DNA of 63,477 nucleotides, filler included, from Octopus bimaculoides (GCF_001194135.2; 5 parts of 4 records of this genome joined end to end with filler, not necessarily neighbours in it), one strand, 5' to 3'; shown: positions 1 to 13,364, numbered from the whole stretch's first letter. Program-made: numbers and translations. The notes: generated from the sequence alone by a model not told the origin.

Positions 1-106
1 ATATATATATATATAAATAAAAATCATTAATGATCGTTACCAGGTGGTCAGCGCGGAAATAAAAACCTCTTACGTAAATTTTACAAATACTTTATAGTTA
101 TATACA

Positions 107-1250
107 TAATTATAACAAGGGCTTCGTTTGCGCCTCAGCACGCACTGAAAAAATAGACGCCAAAAGACACTATTGCCACCCAAAATTCTTCGAGAGCAAC
201 ACACCACATTATAGGCTAGCAAGCGAAAGAAAAAGAGGATAAATTAACTTTTGGTTAACCGCGTACAAGATCCTGTTTCCAGCTTAAAGTATATATGTAT
301 ATATTCAATATGTCACATCTTACTCATTAGTGTATTGGCTTTGTTCTTTTTTTTTTCTTACCCAATTGACCCTAAATCTCCAGCTGATTAACTGCTGCAC
401 CAAACAGACGACGTCATAGTTTTAACATGTGAAAATTTTGTAAGACCAGTTTTATGTATTAAGATAAACGACATAAGGCCAGAGGTAATTTTGTTCGTTC
501 ACCATTTTTGAACTCCTCAAGAAAAGCAATGTAATTGTAAGTTCGGTAAAAAAGCGAAGAGAATATTTTCTATAATTTTATTATATATTATATTCTGATT
601 TGGAAAATTCTTCCAGGTCAAGATTTATCTTATAAATTACAAAAGAAGTGTGCGTAACGTATATCCCATTCCATATACTGAAGTCGACACTAGTAATTAC
701 AGCTATCCTACGAAATGTGGCTATGTGAGATAGTTTTATCACAGATGACTGTCAAGGACTTGCTAGGAACATTGTGTAAACACTGGAAAATATGTTTAGA
801 TTTCTTTTGTTTCTCCCAGCTACAATAAAATAATGATTAATCAGATAAGTTCTGTTTTATATGCTGTGAACTTTATTTCTTTATTACATATCATTAATTT
901 TACAACAGACTTTATAGAAATTATTTTAACATTTGTATCCATTTGGAAACAATATTATGAGACGTTCAAAATATTAATAAATGAAATTATAATAAAAGCA
1001 GGTGCGTTGGCTTGGCTTCTAGCCGAAAGTTGAAGGCAAATGCAACAATGTATAATAAAGCTTACGTATATATGAAATGAAATATTATAGTCGAGAATAT
1101 GGAAACTCAAGCTTGAAGTAGATTTGAAACTAAGATCTAGAATCATCTCATTAAATACTCTAACATTGCTACAAGTTGGATCCTTCATTCGTTAATTGAT
1201 TTAATGGGAAAGAATAAAAACCGGAGCATCGTAACAAATATACCTACGTG
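107..1250 (+). pseudogene. Possible very old Penelope-like element RT relic
   Basis: Stop-riddled translation fragments fall in PLE RT order: KFFESNTPHYRL (cf. F..KTS.FYGL), NDIRPEVILFV, MWLCEIVLSQ (cf. MGYLEI.LY), KHWKICLDFFCF at 781 (cf. WKRYLDDCF), ATMYNKAY (cf. TDIYYK). Weak, by-eye alignment. (TA)n at the window start. Confidence 0.3.
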
Positions 1251-1374
1251 CTAGTTTATTGAAGCAAAATACGAACCAGAGTACGATTCAAACACTGATA
1301 ACAACAATGGATGAACTAATCCTAGTTGTACTAAATTTGAGGCAAACCTTGTGGTTCTTTCTGCTGCACATTTT

Positions 1375-1437
1375 GTACTTAATTTATCGACTCCGAAAGA
1401 ATGAAGGGCAAAGTCGTCCCCGGCGGAATTTGAACAC
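1375..1437 (-). mobile_element. SINE family B fragment (B-box and body)
   Basis: gtacttaatttatcgactccgaaagaatgaagggcaaagtcg..cggaatttgaac matches the reverse complement of the SINE-B copy at 45843 and the copy at 52700. Confidence 0.75.
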
Positions 1438-1476
1438 AATGCAAACGCGTAAGTAATATAACGCATATAATAGTTA

Positions 1477-1521
<45 letters not shown>

Positions 1522-1922
1522 NNNNNNNNNNNNNNNNNNNNNNNNNNNNNNNNNNNNNNNNNNNNNNNNNNNNNNNNNNNNNNNNNNNNNNNNNNNNNNN
1601 NNNNNNNNNNNNNNNNNNNNNNNNNNNNNNNNNNNNNNNNNNNNNNNNNNNNNNNNNNNNNNNNNNNNNNNNNNNNNNNNNNNNNNNNNNNNNNNNNNNN
1701 NNNNNNNNNNNNNNNNNNNNNNNNNNNNNNNNNNNNNNNNNNNNNNNNNNNNNNNNNNNNNNNNNNNNNNNNNNNNNNNNNNNNNNNNNNNNNNNNNNNN
1801 NNNNNNNNNNNNNNNNNNNNNNNNNNNNNNNNNNNNNNNNNNNNNNNNNNNNNNNNNNNNNNNNNNNNNNNNNNNNNNNNNNNNNNNNNNNNNNNNNNNN
1901 NNNNNNNNNNNNNNNNNNNNNN

Positions 1923-2594
1923 AAAGAACTACTGATTCCAAACTACAAATTTTTTCTCGAATGGATGGCGATATTTATGGCACACACAGAACAAAAACAG
2001 AAGAGAAAAGCAAAAACAAACCTGCCTTTAGTTAATCGTGTACGACGTTTCACGGTTAAGATTATAAAGTTACTCTACTCCGATCATCAGCACAATATTC
2101 GATAAATTTGAAAGTGTCTATATACTCCTGGGAATTTGACCATACGACATCAAAAACACATGAGGAAGGCACTTACAAAATTTATCGGCTACTAAGTTCA
2201 AACACTTCACCCCAAGAATCTATTCCATGTGCGCCACGAATAGTCCTGCATAAAAAGTCCCGTATAAAAGGGTTACAGTTTAACCATCCAATAAGAGGCA
2301 TCAATACAAATATACAGATATAGGGCAGGGAATTGCCAATTAGTAATACAATTAATAATTAACAATTTTGCCAAGTAGTTCAGTATGAAAAAACCTTTAT
2401 CGGTAAAAAACATTTATAATCATAAATATGCAGGGATTAGCATGAGTTGCTTCACCATCATACTGAAAATTTAGAAATAGCAGTCAAAGAACTACTGATT
2501 CCAAACTATTTTCTGATGTTATTTCCTGTTTACGAATTTTCACTTTACGTGCCTTCTCCCGTAACAAATTAACTCGTATATCAAGACATTACTG
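1923..2594 (-). mobile_element. Hammerhead-bearing non-coding retroelement (PLE derivative or retrozyme-like)
   Basis: Contains a hammerhead motif at 2035-2096. Exact 23-bp direct repeat aaagaactactgattccaaacta at 1923-1945 and 2486-2508. (TA)n directly on the right; (TA)n beyond the 401-N gap on the left. No convincing ORF. Confidence 0.65.
2035..2096 (-). ncRNA. Type I hammerhead ribozyme with canonical core
   Basis: Minus strand reads ATTGTG-CTGATGA-T-CGG-[AG TAGAG TAA CTTTA TAATCTTAA]-CCG-T-GAAAC-GTC-GT-A-CACGAT. Stem I ATTGTG/CACGAT (6 bp, one G.U), perfect CUGAUGA and GAAA boxes, stem II CGG/CCG with an inner hairpin, 2-bp stem III AC/GU, GUA cleavage triplet (cut between 2041 and 2040). 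The closing pair of stem II is U.U instead of the usual G-C. Confidence 0.8.
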
Positions 2595-2655
2595 TATATA
2601 TATATGTGTGTGTGTGTGTGAGTGTGTATACCTANNNNNNNNNNACCTATTAATG

Positions 2656-2719
<64 letters not shown>
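2656..2719 (+). repeat. (GATA)n microsatellite
   Basis: Direct reading. Confidence 0.95.
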
Positions 2720-2720
<1 letters not shown>

Positions 2721-4086
2721 GCGTACAAACATTAATATGTGCCTTGATGCATTTTTTTTTAGTTATTTATTTCCTTATTGGCGTATTTATAGTAAATATT
2801 TATTTGTATTTCTCTGACACATCCGTTTTAATAAAAAAAATATATCATTTATTAATAAATGTAGCAGGAAATATTAGAGCTAACAAATATCCTTGTGATT
2901 GGCTGGAGTAGATCTGGCGGAACATTGGTGAGCTGCTGAAAATAATACAAAGAGAAACAGGAAGACACCAACAGCCATTGAACTAACCTACTCAGTCGTA
3001 TCTTTTGTATGAATAGAGGAATACTCGAAGAGACATATAATCACATACTCGCACAATAACGCACGCACACAAACACAGCTATTTATATACATACCTTCAT
3101 ATACACACACAGGAACTCATATATATATATATATATATANNNNNNNNNNNNNNNNNNNNNNNNNNNNNNNNNNNNNNNNNNNNNNNNNNNNNNNNNNNNN
3201 NNNNNNNNNNNNNNNNNNNNNNNNNNNNNNNNNNNNNNNNNNNNNNNNNNNNNNNNNNNNNNNNNNNNNNNNNNNNNNNNNNNNNNNNNNNNNNNNNNNN
3301 NNNNNNNNNNNNNNNNNNNNNNNNNNNNNNNNNNNNNNNNNNNNNNNNNNNNNNNNNNNNNNNNNNNNNNNNNNNNNNNNNNNNNNNNNNNNNNNNNNNN
3401 NNNNNNNNNNNNNNNNNNNNNNNNNNNNNNNNNNNNNNNNNNNNNNNNNNNNNNNNNNNNNNNNNNNNNNNNNNNNNNNNNNNNNNNNNNNNNNNNNNNN
3501 NNNNNNNNNNNNNNNNNNNNNNNNNNNNNNNNNNNNNNNNNNNNNNNNNNNNNNNNNNNNNNNNNNNNNNNNNNNNNNNNNNNNNNNNNNNNNNNNNNNN
3601 NNNNNNNNNNNNNNNNNNNNNNNNNNNNNNNNNNNNNNNNNNNNNNNNNNNNNNNNNNNNNNNNNNNNNNNNNNNNNNNNNNNNNNNNNNNNNNNNNNNN
3701 NNNNNNNNNNNNNNNNNNNNNNNNNNNNNNNNNNNNNNNNNNNNNNNNNNNNNNNNNNNNNNNNNNNNNNNNNNNNNNNNNNNNNNNNNNNNNNNNNNNN
3801 NNNNNNNNNNNNNNNNNNNNNNNNNNNNNNNNNNNNNNNNNNNNNNNNNNNNNNNNNNNNNNNNNNNNNNNNNNNNNNNNNNNNNNNNNNNNNNNNNNNN
3901 NNNNNNNNNNNNNNNNNNNNNNNNNNNNNNNNNNNNNNNNNNNNNNNNNNNNNNNNNNNNNNNNNNNNNNNNNNNNNNNNNNNNNNNNNNNNNNNNNNNN
4001 NNNNNNNNNNNNNNNNNNNNNNNNNNNNNNNNNNNNNNNNNNNNNNNNNNNNNNNNNNNNNNNNATATATATATATATATATATAT

Positions 4087-4236
4087 ACGGAAGGTTTCTT
4101 TCAGTTAACTAATCCACTCACATTGCTTTGGTCTTCCTGATTGAAGACATTTGCGCATCGTACCACACAGTAGGACTGAACACCAAACCGTTTGGTTCAG
4201 AAGCAAGCGTTTTGCTTCAGAACCACAACTTCGCCT
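4087..4236 (-). mobile_element. Old SINE family A copy (5' half)
   Basis: Degenerate reverse complement of the 49721 head and body: ctttcagtt..atccactcac..gctttggtc..gaagaca..ggactgaac. Confidence 0.6.
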
Positions 4237-4619
4237 ATATACGTCTCTTCATAGCACGAATCTAACTAATATGCTTATACGTATATATGTGTCTGTGTAT
4301 GTACACATACATATGTATGTATACGTATGCACACATATGTGTGTATGTGTAAGTGGGCATGCGCTCATGTATATATTTGAATATTAATGAATACATATTC
4401 ATACATACACCCAGGCAAGCAGTCCCGACAGACAACTACACAGATATTATATCTAGGAATAGACCGTCGCATATATTTGTGCATTTGTGTGTGCTAGGAA
4501 GATGTAAATGATATTTTCGTTTCTGCCAGTGATTGTACGTTGGCATTTTGTACAAGTGCATTAATGGGTATGTGCCTGTGTTCGTGTGTGTGAGTGAACG
4601 TGTGTGTGTGAGGATGTGC

Positions 4620-4666
<47 letters not shown>

Positions 4667-7229
4667 TGTGTGTAGACGTGAGGGACAATCACGTTTATCA
4701 CAATGGCGCACACCATTGCTTTTAATTCACACCTCATCAAATCCGCTATAATTTTCTATCGCTTTTTATTTTCGTTCATTTTCAATTTTCACAATCCAGT
4801 CTGTGTTAAATATTATATATTTTTTTTTTATCACAAGCATTAATATGGGTTCAACACTCAGTTCTCTTATATCTACTTTCACTTTAATTGATTTGATTTG
4901 ATTAAACTGCAAACAATCGAATACTTTTGTACAGTCACTGTTTTGAAATGGGATTTTTTTAACATTTTTAGACAATAGTATAACGTTAAATACTCTGTGC
5001 GTTTGTGTGTACTTTTTTTTAGAAAACATTAGTAATATTCATAGATTTACTGACACTGAATATTTGTAGACTGGTATTATGTTACTTTTTTTTACGTTGG
5101 CTTAAATCAGCGAACAAGATAACATATTTTTTTGTTATGGTTGAAAAATTTGCCGTTTCATTTAGTCGTGAGTAGATAAATATATGCGTGCGCATGTGTG
5201 TGTGAGTGTGTGTGCGTGTCTGTGTGTGTCTCTGTGTGTGTTTGTATAAAAAATATACACATGTATATACAGGTATACATGCGTACATTAAATATCCCAG
5301 CATGTGCATTTGCTGCATAAAAAAATGAAAGAAATTCATGCGAATGAAATCTGTTATGGGTACTCACGAATACGTATACACACACACACACGCACACACC
5401 CATAAACACATTCACTTGTCTGTGACACCCTCCCCAATTTCCCTGTCTTTGTCTCTCTTGGGAGGTGGGTATATTTGCATATATGTACGTATGTATGTAG
5501 AAATGTGCATGTGTGCATGAGTGTGTGTGTGTGTGCGTCTATGTGATTTGTAATGCATTTACATTAATATTACGCTTTGATAAATGCATGAACAGTGGGA
5601 AATATTTGTAATTATAAAAGAAATATTTCCGGATATTTGGTGGCGGGGTGGGGTACTTTTATACGCTATTATACACAAAGCAATGTAATCACAGCATGTA
5701 ACATTGGAATATACAAAACAATTCTAAATAGATTTGCTGTTGTATGTGTTGTGGAAAACATGCTAACATGTTTGATCGCGCGTGTAAATTTATATATATA
5801 TNNNNNNNNNNNNNNNNNNNNNNNNNNNNNNNNNNNNNNNNNNNNNNNNNNNNNNNNNNNNNNNNNNNNNNNNNNNNNNNNNNNNNNNNNNNNNNNNNNN
5901 NNNNNNNNNNNNNNNNNNNNNNNNNNNNNNNNNNNNNNNNNNNNNNNNNNNNNNNNNNNNNNNNNNNNNNNNNNNNNNNNNNNNNNNNNNNNNNNNNNNN
6001 NNNNNNNNNNNNNNNNNNNNNNNNNNNNNNNNNNNNNNNNNNNNNNNNNNNNNNNNNNNNNNNNNNNNNNNNNNNNNNNNNNNNNNNNNNNNNNNNNNNN
6101 NNNNNNNNNNNNNNNNNNNNNNNNNNNNNNNNNNNNNNNNNNNNNNNNNNNNNNNNNNNNNNNNNNNNNNNNNNNNNNNNNNNNNNNNNNNNNNNNNNNN
6201 NNNNNNNNNNNNNNNNNNNNNNNNNNNNNNNNNNNNNNNNNNNNNNNNNNNNNNNNNNNNNNNNNNNNNNNNNNNNNNNNNNNNNNNNNNNNNNNNNNNN
6301 NNNNNNNNNNNNNNNNNNNNNNNNNNNNNNNNNNNNNNNNNNNNNNNNNNNNNNNNNNNNNNNNNNNNNNNNNNNNNNNNNNNNNNNNNNNNNNNNNNNN
6401 NNNNNNNNNNNNNNNNNNNNNNNNNNNNNNNNNNNNNNNNNNNNNNNNNNNNNNNNNNNNNNNNNNNNNNNNNNNNNNNNNNNNNNNNNNNNNNNNNNNN
6501 NNNNNNNNNNNNNNNNNNNNNNNNNNNNNNNNNNNNNNNNNNNNNNNNNNNNNNNNNNNNNNNNNNNNNNNNNNNNNNNNNNNNNNNNNNNNNNNNNNNN
6601 NNNNNNNNNNNNNNNNNNNNNNAACACAAAGAATCGTTGAATCAGAAAAGAAAGCAACAAAAAACATCCCCTATAGGAAAGGGAAAATAGGAAACATTTT
6701 TGCTTAGGAACCTTATAAGAAGACATGTCAGTTTTTGATAGAAGAAAAGATTAAACGACCAGTGAAAGTGAGTATTAGGGAAGTTCAATGGCTGCTTTAA
6801 TTTTTTTATTTGTAAACTCTCGTTGATGACGGCGTTTGTTCAGTTAGTGGGCGCCTATTGAGGTGTTTTCCAGAAAGTATAATTAATTTGCAGGTATTTT
6901 TTAATCAATTGTTTTTTTGTTATTTATATTTAATTAATAATTTGTTTGCACTGTGCACATGTAGTTGTTTGAGTATGTTTCACTGTGGATGTTTGTTACT
7001 GATTGCTTTTCTTGTGCGCCTTTCGTTGTTTTTGTAGTCTTTTTAGTTGTTGTTGTTTACTTGTTTCTCAGTTTTGCAGTGAGAATAATTCGTTGCTTCC
7101 TGTTTTGTTAAAAATTATTATGTTATATGATGTGATGCGATGTGATGTGTGTGTGTGTGTGCGTGTGTGTTGCACGCATGCATGTGCATTTGGCGTGTAT
7201 GTGTTTTCTAGAGTTTGGTAGTGGTAAAT

Positions 7230-7930
7230 TATTTTGTTGGCGAATGTGGTTGTGTTGGTGCTTTTGGTGATGAAAGACTTTGTTTAAGTTGCCCTGATTG
7301 CAACGGAAATGCAAATTTACGGTTGAACAAATCGACATGGTTGAATAAATCGCAATCTATGAAAATACAAAATGAATGGTGGTATAAAGGCGTAAAACTG
7401 GAAATGAGAAACAAAAAGTAACTCATGTATATTATATATAGAAAAAAAAAAGAAACAAAATACAATAGAAGAGGCACAGCTGGTGTGAAACAAATTTTGT
7501 ATAGGAGTAGGGAGGGCGACCACCAACGAAATATATTAGGATTGCAATTTTAACTTTATTTTCCAAACTGTGCAAATTTTTTCTAAGAATTAAGTAAATG
7601 AAACACTTCGATACTAATAGTATCTTTTTTCTGTTTGTTTTTTTATAGGTGATATACACAGTTTGTTAATTGAATAAAATTAACTAGAGACCAAATATAT
7701 TTGATGATGTCGAAAAAGAGAGGACATAACTAAAGACCATTGCAAACGTCTCTTTCGAAAATACAAGGATGCAGATTTTATGACGGTATCAATGCTGATT
7801 TCGTCAACACTCACTGTTATGGTGAGTGTCGATGTCACGTGGTTTAACGTAACCAGGGATAGAATAAGTGATAGCAAAGGTATCTCCATCATATCACCGT
7901 TGTTGTAGTTCAACAACAACTTGGCCTCAA
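7230..7930 (-). pseudogene. Possible degraded LINE (L1/Tx1-like) ORF1 relics
   Basis: Minus-strand fragments VGGRPPYSYTKFVSH and HFRCNQGNLNK resemble decayed GRPPxCxxCxxxGH zinc-knuckle contexts. Weak. Confidence 0.25.
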
Positions 7931-8307
7931 ACAAGCAATACTGTAATCAGACATGATCCAAACGGGACAAAACCAAAGCGTATACACTGGGGCAGGTATC
8001 TGTCTTTAATGAAGATATGTGAAAACGTTTTCCCAAGTGGTTAGCGTGTCATAATGGCGATTATAAGAATGGGGATTCAATCTTAGGACTTGAAGGTTCG
8101 TTGAGCCCTTAAGTAGGTTTCCTTAACCATTGTTATAGTCTACTCAGACGAGAATGATTACCAGTTACTAACACGGGTTATAAACTATGGTCGCTGGTCA
8201 AATGACCCATCCATTGTGGGAATCTTTGTTGTCTAAGAACTGATGCGGCTTCATTCGTTTTGATTTCAAATTCATCCTCATTAGAATCAATATTATCATT
8301 AAGGAGA

Positions 8308-8467
8308 CGTGCTTACGTTCTGAGTTCGAATTTCTCAGAGGTCCTCCTTGACTTTTTCGTCCTGTCGGTGTCGCTGAAATAACTATCCATTGCGCGCAGC
8401 CGTCAATGTAATCCACTAGGCCCTCCCCCAAATATCAAGCCGTGTGACTAGAGTAACAAGGATTATT
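8308..8467 (+). mobile_element. Degenerate SINE family B copy
   Basis: ttacgttctgagttcgaattt (B-box region), then atgtaatccactag..cccccaaa..gccgtgtgactagagtaacaaggattatt 3' end, similar to 45843-46050 and 53631-53750. Confidence 0.6.
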
Positions 8468-9176
8468 TCGGAATTATTTCGATAAAATTAATACCAGTTA
8501 AGCACTGGGGTTCATGAATTCGAATTACTTGTCCTATCTAAAACGCTACCCTACTGCCATAATTTAAAGGGTAGATAATGTAATGCTCTAGTCAAACACG
8601 AAGGGCACTTAAATGGTGTATACACTCCCTAAATATAGGGTTATGCACCTGCATTGTTATTCGATAAAATGCTTTTGAGGGAATATTATAAAATTGAATA
8701 ATCGAATAGTCGTTGAGTGAATCCAGATTTTCTTTTTTACATTTAAACCTTTACTGTATTTGAGCAACATATGCATATTATGTGGTAACATATCCGTATA
8801 TTTTGCCAAAAAATAATGGTCGCATTTTCTTAGTGTAACACAAAATCAATGTTGTCAGCTCCAAGAGAAAATAAAGCAAGAGGCTGCAGCTACGACAACA
8901 GCAATAACATTCTGCTGATGTTGCGATTCCCATGCAGTGCCAAACGAAAGGATTAAGACTTCATGGCAAAAACAAACTTAAGTGTCCAAATACAAATATT
9001 GGAATATTGGAAATGTACAGCCTTGAGAGTCAAGTTAAAATAAACATGAATGCGAATGCATACGAAAGTATTTTGTTAGTTTTAAATATTTAGGTGTATT
9101 TATTCTATTATATGCATGTGTGTGTATACATTTCTGTATTCGTATGTATGTATGTATGTATGTATGTATGTATGTT

Positions 9177-9240
<64 letters not shown>

Positions 9241-9307
9241 AAGAGAGCAAGAAAGAATTTGAGAGAGAGCGAGAGAGCGAGAGACAGACAGACAGACACA
9301 CAGATAA

Positions 9308-9352
<45 letters not shown>

Positions 9353-10648
9353 GTGTTTACATATAAACTGTAGCCTGTTACAGAACGTAGCAACCACATC
9401 TCCATATTTAAACCTTAGTATCTTTAAAATATCCCCTGTTTCTTGTAATCATATGCTACTAAATAAACTACGTCTGTATCTCTATGAGACACAAAAGATA
9501 TGATAGGTAGAGCTGGGGTACCTTTAATCTCCTGGGTGGTAACTGTCGGGGTAACTCAAAAAACAAATCGATGGATACGATTCTGTACGCAGGGAATGTT
9601 TATAATGTCACAAATATTTTCAAACCAATCAATTCGAATATTTTCTTAATCCTTATTATTTTCGCATCAGAATATTGCGTTGAGCTAGCAATATCTTTAG
9701 CAAGTCAAATTAAATGCTGCATTTATTCTCGATTGACGCTCTTAGTTCAAATTTTACCGAGAGCAACTTTCTCGTTTATCTTTTCTGAAGCAATAAAATA
9801 CGTAACCGATCTAGTTCTGAAAAGGATGCGATCTTGCAGCTCATAAAGCTTTGCCTCAAATAACACGTTAGTGGAGAAAGCCTAACATCTGGAACAGATC
9901 ATTTATTCTACAGAAATAAGAAAATAAGTGAATATAACAACATAAAGAAACGGCAAGGGTAAAATGTTATAGCGGCATCAGATAAATACTTAAAATTGAT
10001 TGACATGTGGAAACTGAGGTAAATTGCATTGATTTTTCAAGCTGCTCTATTTTAGGGTATTGTTATAATATTCTTACCTGGAAGACAAAAAAAAAAATAA
10101 AACGAATCATGACGGTATAAGCTATACGTCAAAAGAAACTTGGGGAAAAACAATATGTTCTGTGAATATATAGGAAGGACTTTTGTAACTAGAATAGTAT
10201 TAAACAATAGCTGTTGTAGGACTATAAAATATCTAATAAACACCAGTGGAAAATTAATCAAAGAGCTACAAACACAAACAAAGCTAAGGATTTTTCTTAT
10301 GTAAAGGCAACTAATATAGAATATGAGAAAAGATGACAATTGTGATGGGAAAACTAAAATGACCGAAGTTGTTACAATATAAATAGACAAGTAAATAAAT
10401 TTTTAAAAAAAGGAATTTAATATTAAGGTTTCAGGATGTCGTACTAAAATGACGCGAAGAAAAATCGGTAAATGGAAAGTAACTGGAAGTAACTGAAAAC
10501 AATTAACTGAACAAGAAAAGACAAGGAAGAATTATAAACCTGAGACTGGGGAATCAAAATCTTCCCACAAAAGAACGGCACAAAAAAATGGAATGGAAAA
10601 GATTATATTATGTAACTAAAGAATAGGACGAGTCTGGATGGAAACAAC

Positions 10649-11240
10649 AACGATATTGTCTCCCGGTTGTTAATCCTAACCGAAAGAGAATTCATGTACA
10701 CTCATTAAGAAGTTGGTATGCATTTATATAGAGGAAATTACACAGTATTATGAAACATTCGCTGAGAAAAGTTCGGTGAAATTGTACAGCAATGTAGGAT
10801 GTGCAAAGAATTCTCCTTCAGAAGAAATGCCTATCATCAGCCCTGTCATTCACCACACAATATCTTTCATGAGATAGACTGAATCAGCCTACCATTCTCA
10901 GCAAGAACAAATCGATTAGGTAAGCTTCGAGACAGACTCAACTGATTGCCACATCTTTTCTAAGAGCCGCAACAACTGTTAAGCATAACTCTGAAGACCA
11001 ACTATACTCAGACACTGAATATAATCGCGTCAATGTGACCGCCTTTGGGTTGTCCCAACTGATGGTCCTCTTATAGCTATAACGCTTGTTTCAAATTCAC
11101 AATTGCCCAAAAGTTAGAACTGAAATAAACGTTCTCGAGATCGTTTATTACTTCTATGTCGTGAGCTTCACGCTTCACCTCCAGTGTCGGAGCACTTGTC
11201 TATTTTTGGTGCTATGCAGAATGGGATGCCATATTTTCGA
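10649..11240 (+). pseudogene. Degraded Ty3/Gypsy integrase relic
   Basis: Colinear fragments REFMYTH*EVG (cf. EFHxGHPG), EIVQQCRMCKE (CxxC of the HHCC zinc site), HEID*ISLPF (cf. HIDFAGPF), PPLGCPN (cf. RFGxP), TLHLQCRS (cf. YHPQS), with many stops and frameshifts. Confidence 0.45.
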
Positions 11241-13364
11241 TCACATTGAACTACTTGTACAGAACTGTGAGCACTTGATAACTACATTTCCATGATGCAA
11301 CCAATCGTAGCATTGACATAACCCCAGTCAAAGAGTAGAGTTATGCAGGTATTTCAGCCAAAGTTCGTGGAGAATTATAATAATCTTATCCATAGTTATG
11401 TTAATACTGAGTTACATGAAGTTATGCAAAAATCATGGGTGTAGGGAAAAGGGAAAATACTCAGACAATGGTCACTATCTCTGGCTAAGAACTTTTAACA
11501 TAATGGAAAATAGAACTGGTGACATGGTACAATACATCAACATTGCTGAAAATCATAATAAGCAAAGCTTTAAATGTCTGAATGAATATCCGTTCATTTC
11601 ATTTTGTTTTTTTATCGGAATAGGAAAAAAATTAACTCAAGTGAATTCATGAATAATATAAATATAATTAACTGCAAGATGTTCAGATGTGATATCGAGA
11701 AACTGAAGGGGGCGCTGAAATACTATTAGAACAGCTGTTTGTGATAGCTGCTGCAAAAATCACTAAAGCAGTCGTAGCAACTGCAACAGCAGCTGGAATA
11801 TAATTTGTCGTGTCAGCTGCGACAGGGAAATGACTTGGATTGCTAACGTGTTACGCAATGAATAATGTATATTGAACATTATGATAAGTGGCATTTGTAG
11901 GAATAGAAGGAATATCAAGAGAAACAGTAACAGAATTAACATCAACAACATCGACAGAAGCAATATCAACGGTGAAGTAGCAACATCGAAATAACTGCAG
12001 TAATAACAACAGCTGTAGGAAGCAGCAGTAATCCCAGAAGAAAGTGGAGAATAGTAGCTTAAATTAATAAATTATTTTCATTTATTTGCATTGTTATTAT
12101 GTCATTGACAACATGACGGTTTCTTTTTCTGTTTTGTCATATTCTTGTAACTTCGTGTAATTTCCCTTCGAGATTTCATTTCACTACAGATTTTGCTAAA
12201 CATAAGTAATACGAATGTATGGTTAAGACAAAATCCACCATAAACAAATCTGTAAAACTAAAAATAAATTATAAATATAAATAAATTATAAACAAGATGA
12301 CCCATTAGTTATGGAAGCAAATTTTCCCCCTAGTATTCCTGGGAGGATCATTGAGAGTAGAGTTCCATATCGTCCTATCAGAAACAATTGCCAGAATCTC
12401 ATCGCGAAGTAGCAGCTCAGCCCTTGAACATTGCCAGACCACTGAACTATGCATCTTTTCGAGTAGGGTTTGTACAGAGACTCTTAGAAAGAGACCCATT
12501 CCAGCCTCTTGTATTCCAGTCGCACTTTCAGTCACTAAAAAATATTCATGGAGATAAAAATAAAATTAGTTGGCATATGTAAATCAATGTATGCATATAT
12601 ATGTGTATAAACGCATATATACATATATGCATATATATATATGGAGAGACAGAGAGAGAGAGAACAGGTATATTTATACATACATACCTACATACATACA
12701 AACAGACAGACAGACAATAGAACAGATTGTGATAAGTGAAAGCCAAATGATTTGAACTCAAAAATAAAGAAATGAAAATATAGTTACTAGACGGCGCTCT
12801 ACTCTCTATGCCAAGCTAGAGGCTTAAATACAGCGACAATAAAAATACTATCAATAATAGAAATAGATTATCGGAATGAAAAATTCTCGAAATAGCTGCT
12901 TGTATTACTGTGATATTTACGAAGATGTAAAATGTTCTAAACTTTGCATCACTGAGCATGTGCATCAATCCATGACACTTATTCCTTGTATTTTTTCTTC
13001 GTTTCTTTCTGTTTGTTTTTGTGGTATTTTCACTTATTTCTTTCCCCTCCATTGCTTTCCTTCCCCTTTCGTAAGTATACTATATGACTATAGGCATGTA
13101 TTTGGGCATACGCATGTATGCGTGTATCATCCAATTTTATCTGTCGGCCCGTCCTCATTCTCTGACGTCAAATATAATGCAGACAATCCTGGCTACTACA
13201 GACACTCAGAATCCATGAATACGCATGTGTGTGTGTGTGAGTGTATATGTATATATTTGTGTACCAATATACATAACTATAAATGTATACATATATATAC
13301 ACCCACTCATACCTACTCACACGCACAATCACTCACACACACACACAAACATACACACACACAC

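Noticed and set aside
4530-4567. 38-nt AG...GT segment encoding DCTLAFCTSALM, a possible micro-exon
   Set aside because: Too short to distinguish from chance without transcript data.
12300-12540. Minus-strand LKVRLEYKRLEW.. resembling a LINE ORF2 end
   Set aside because: Similarity too weak to call.
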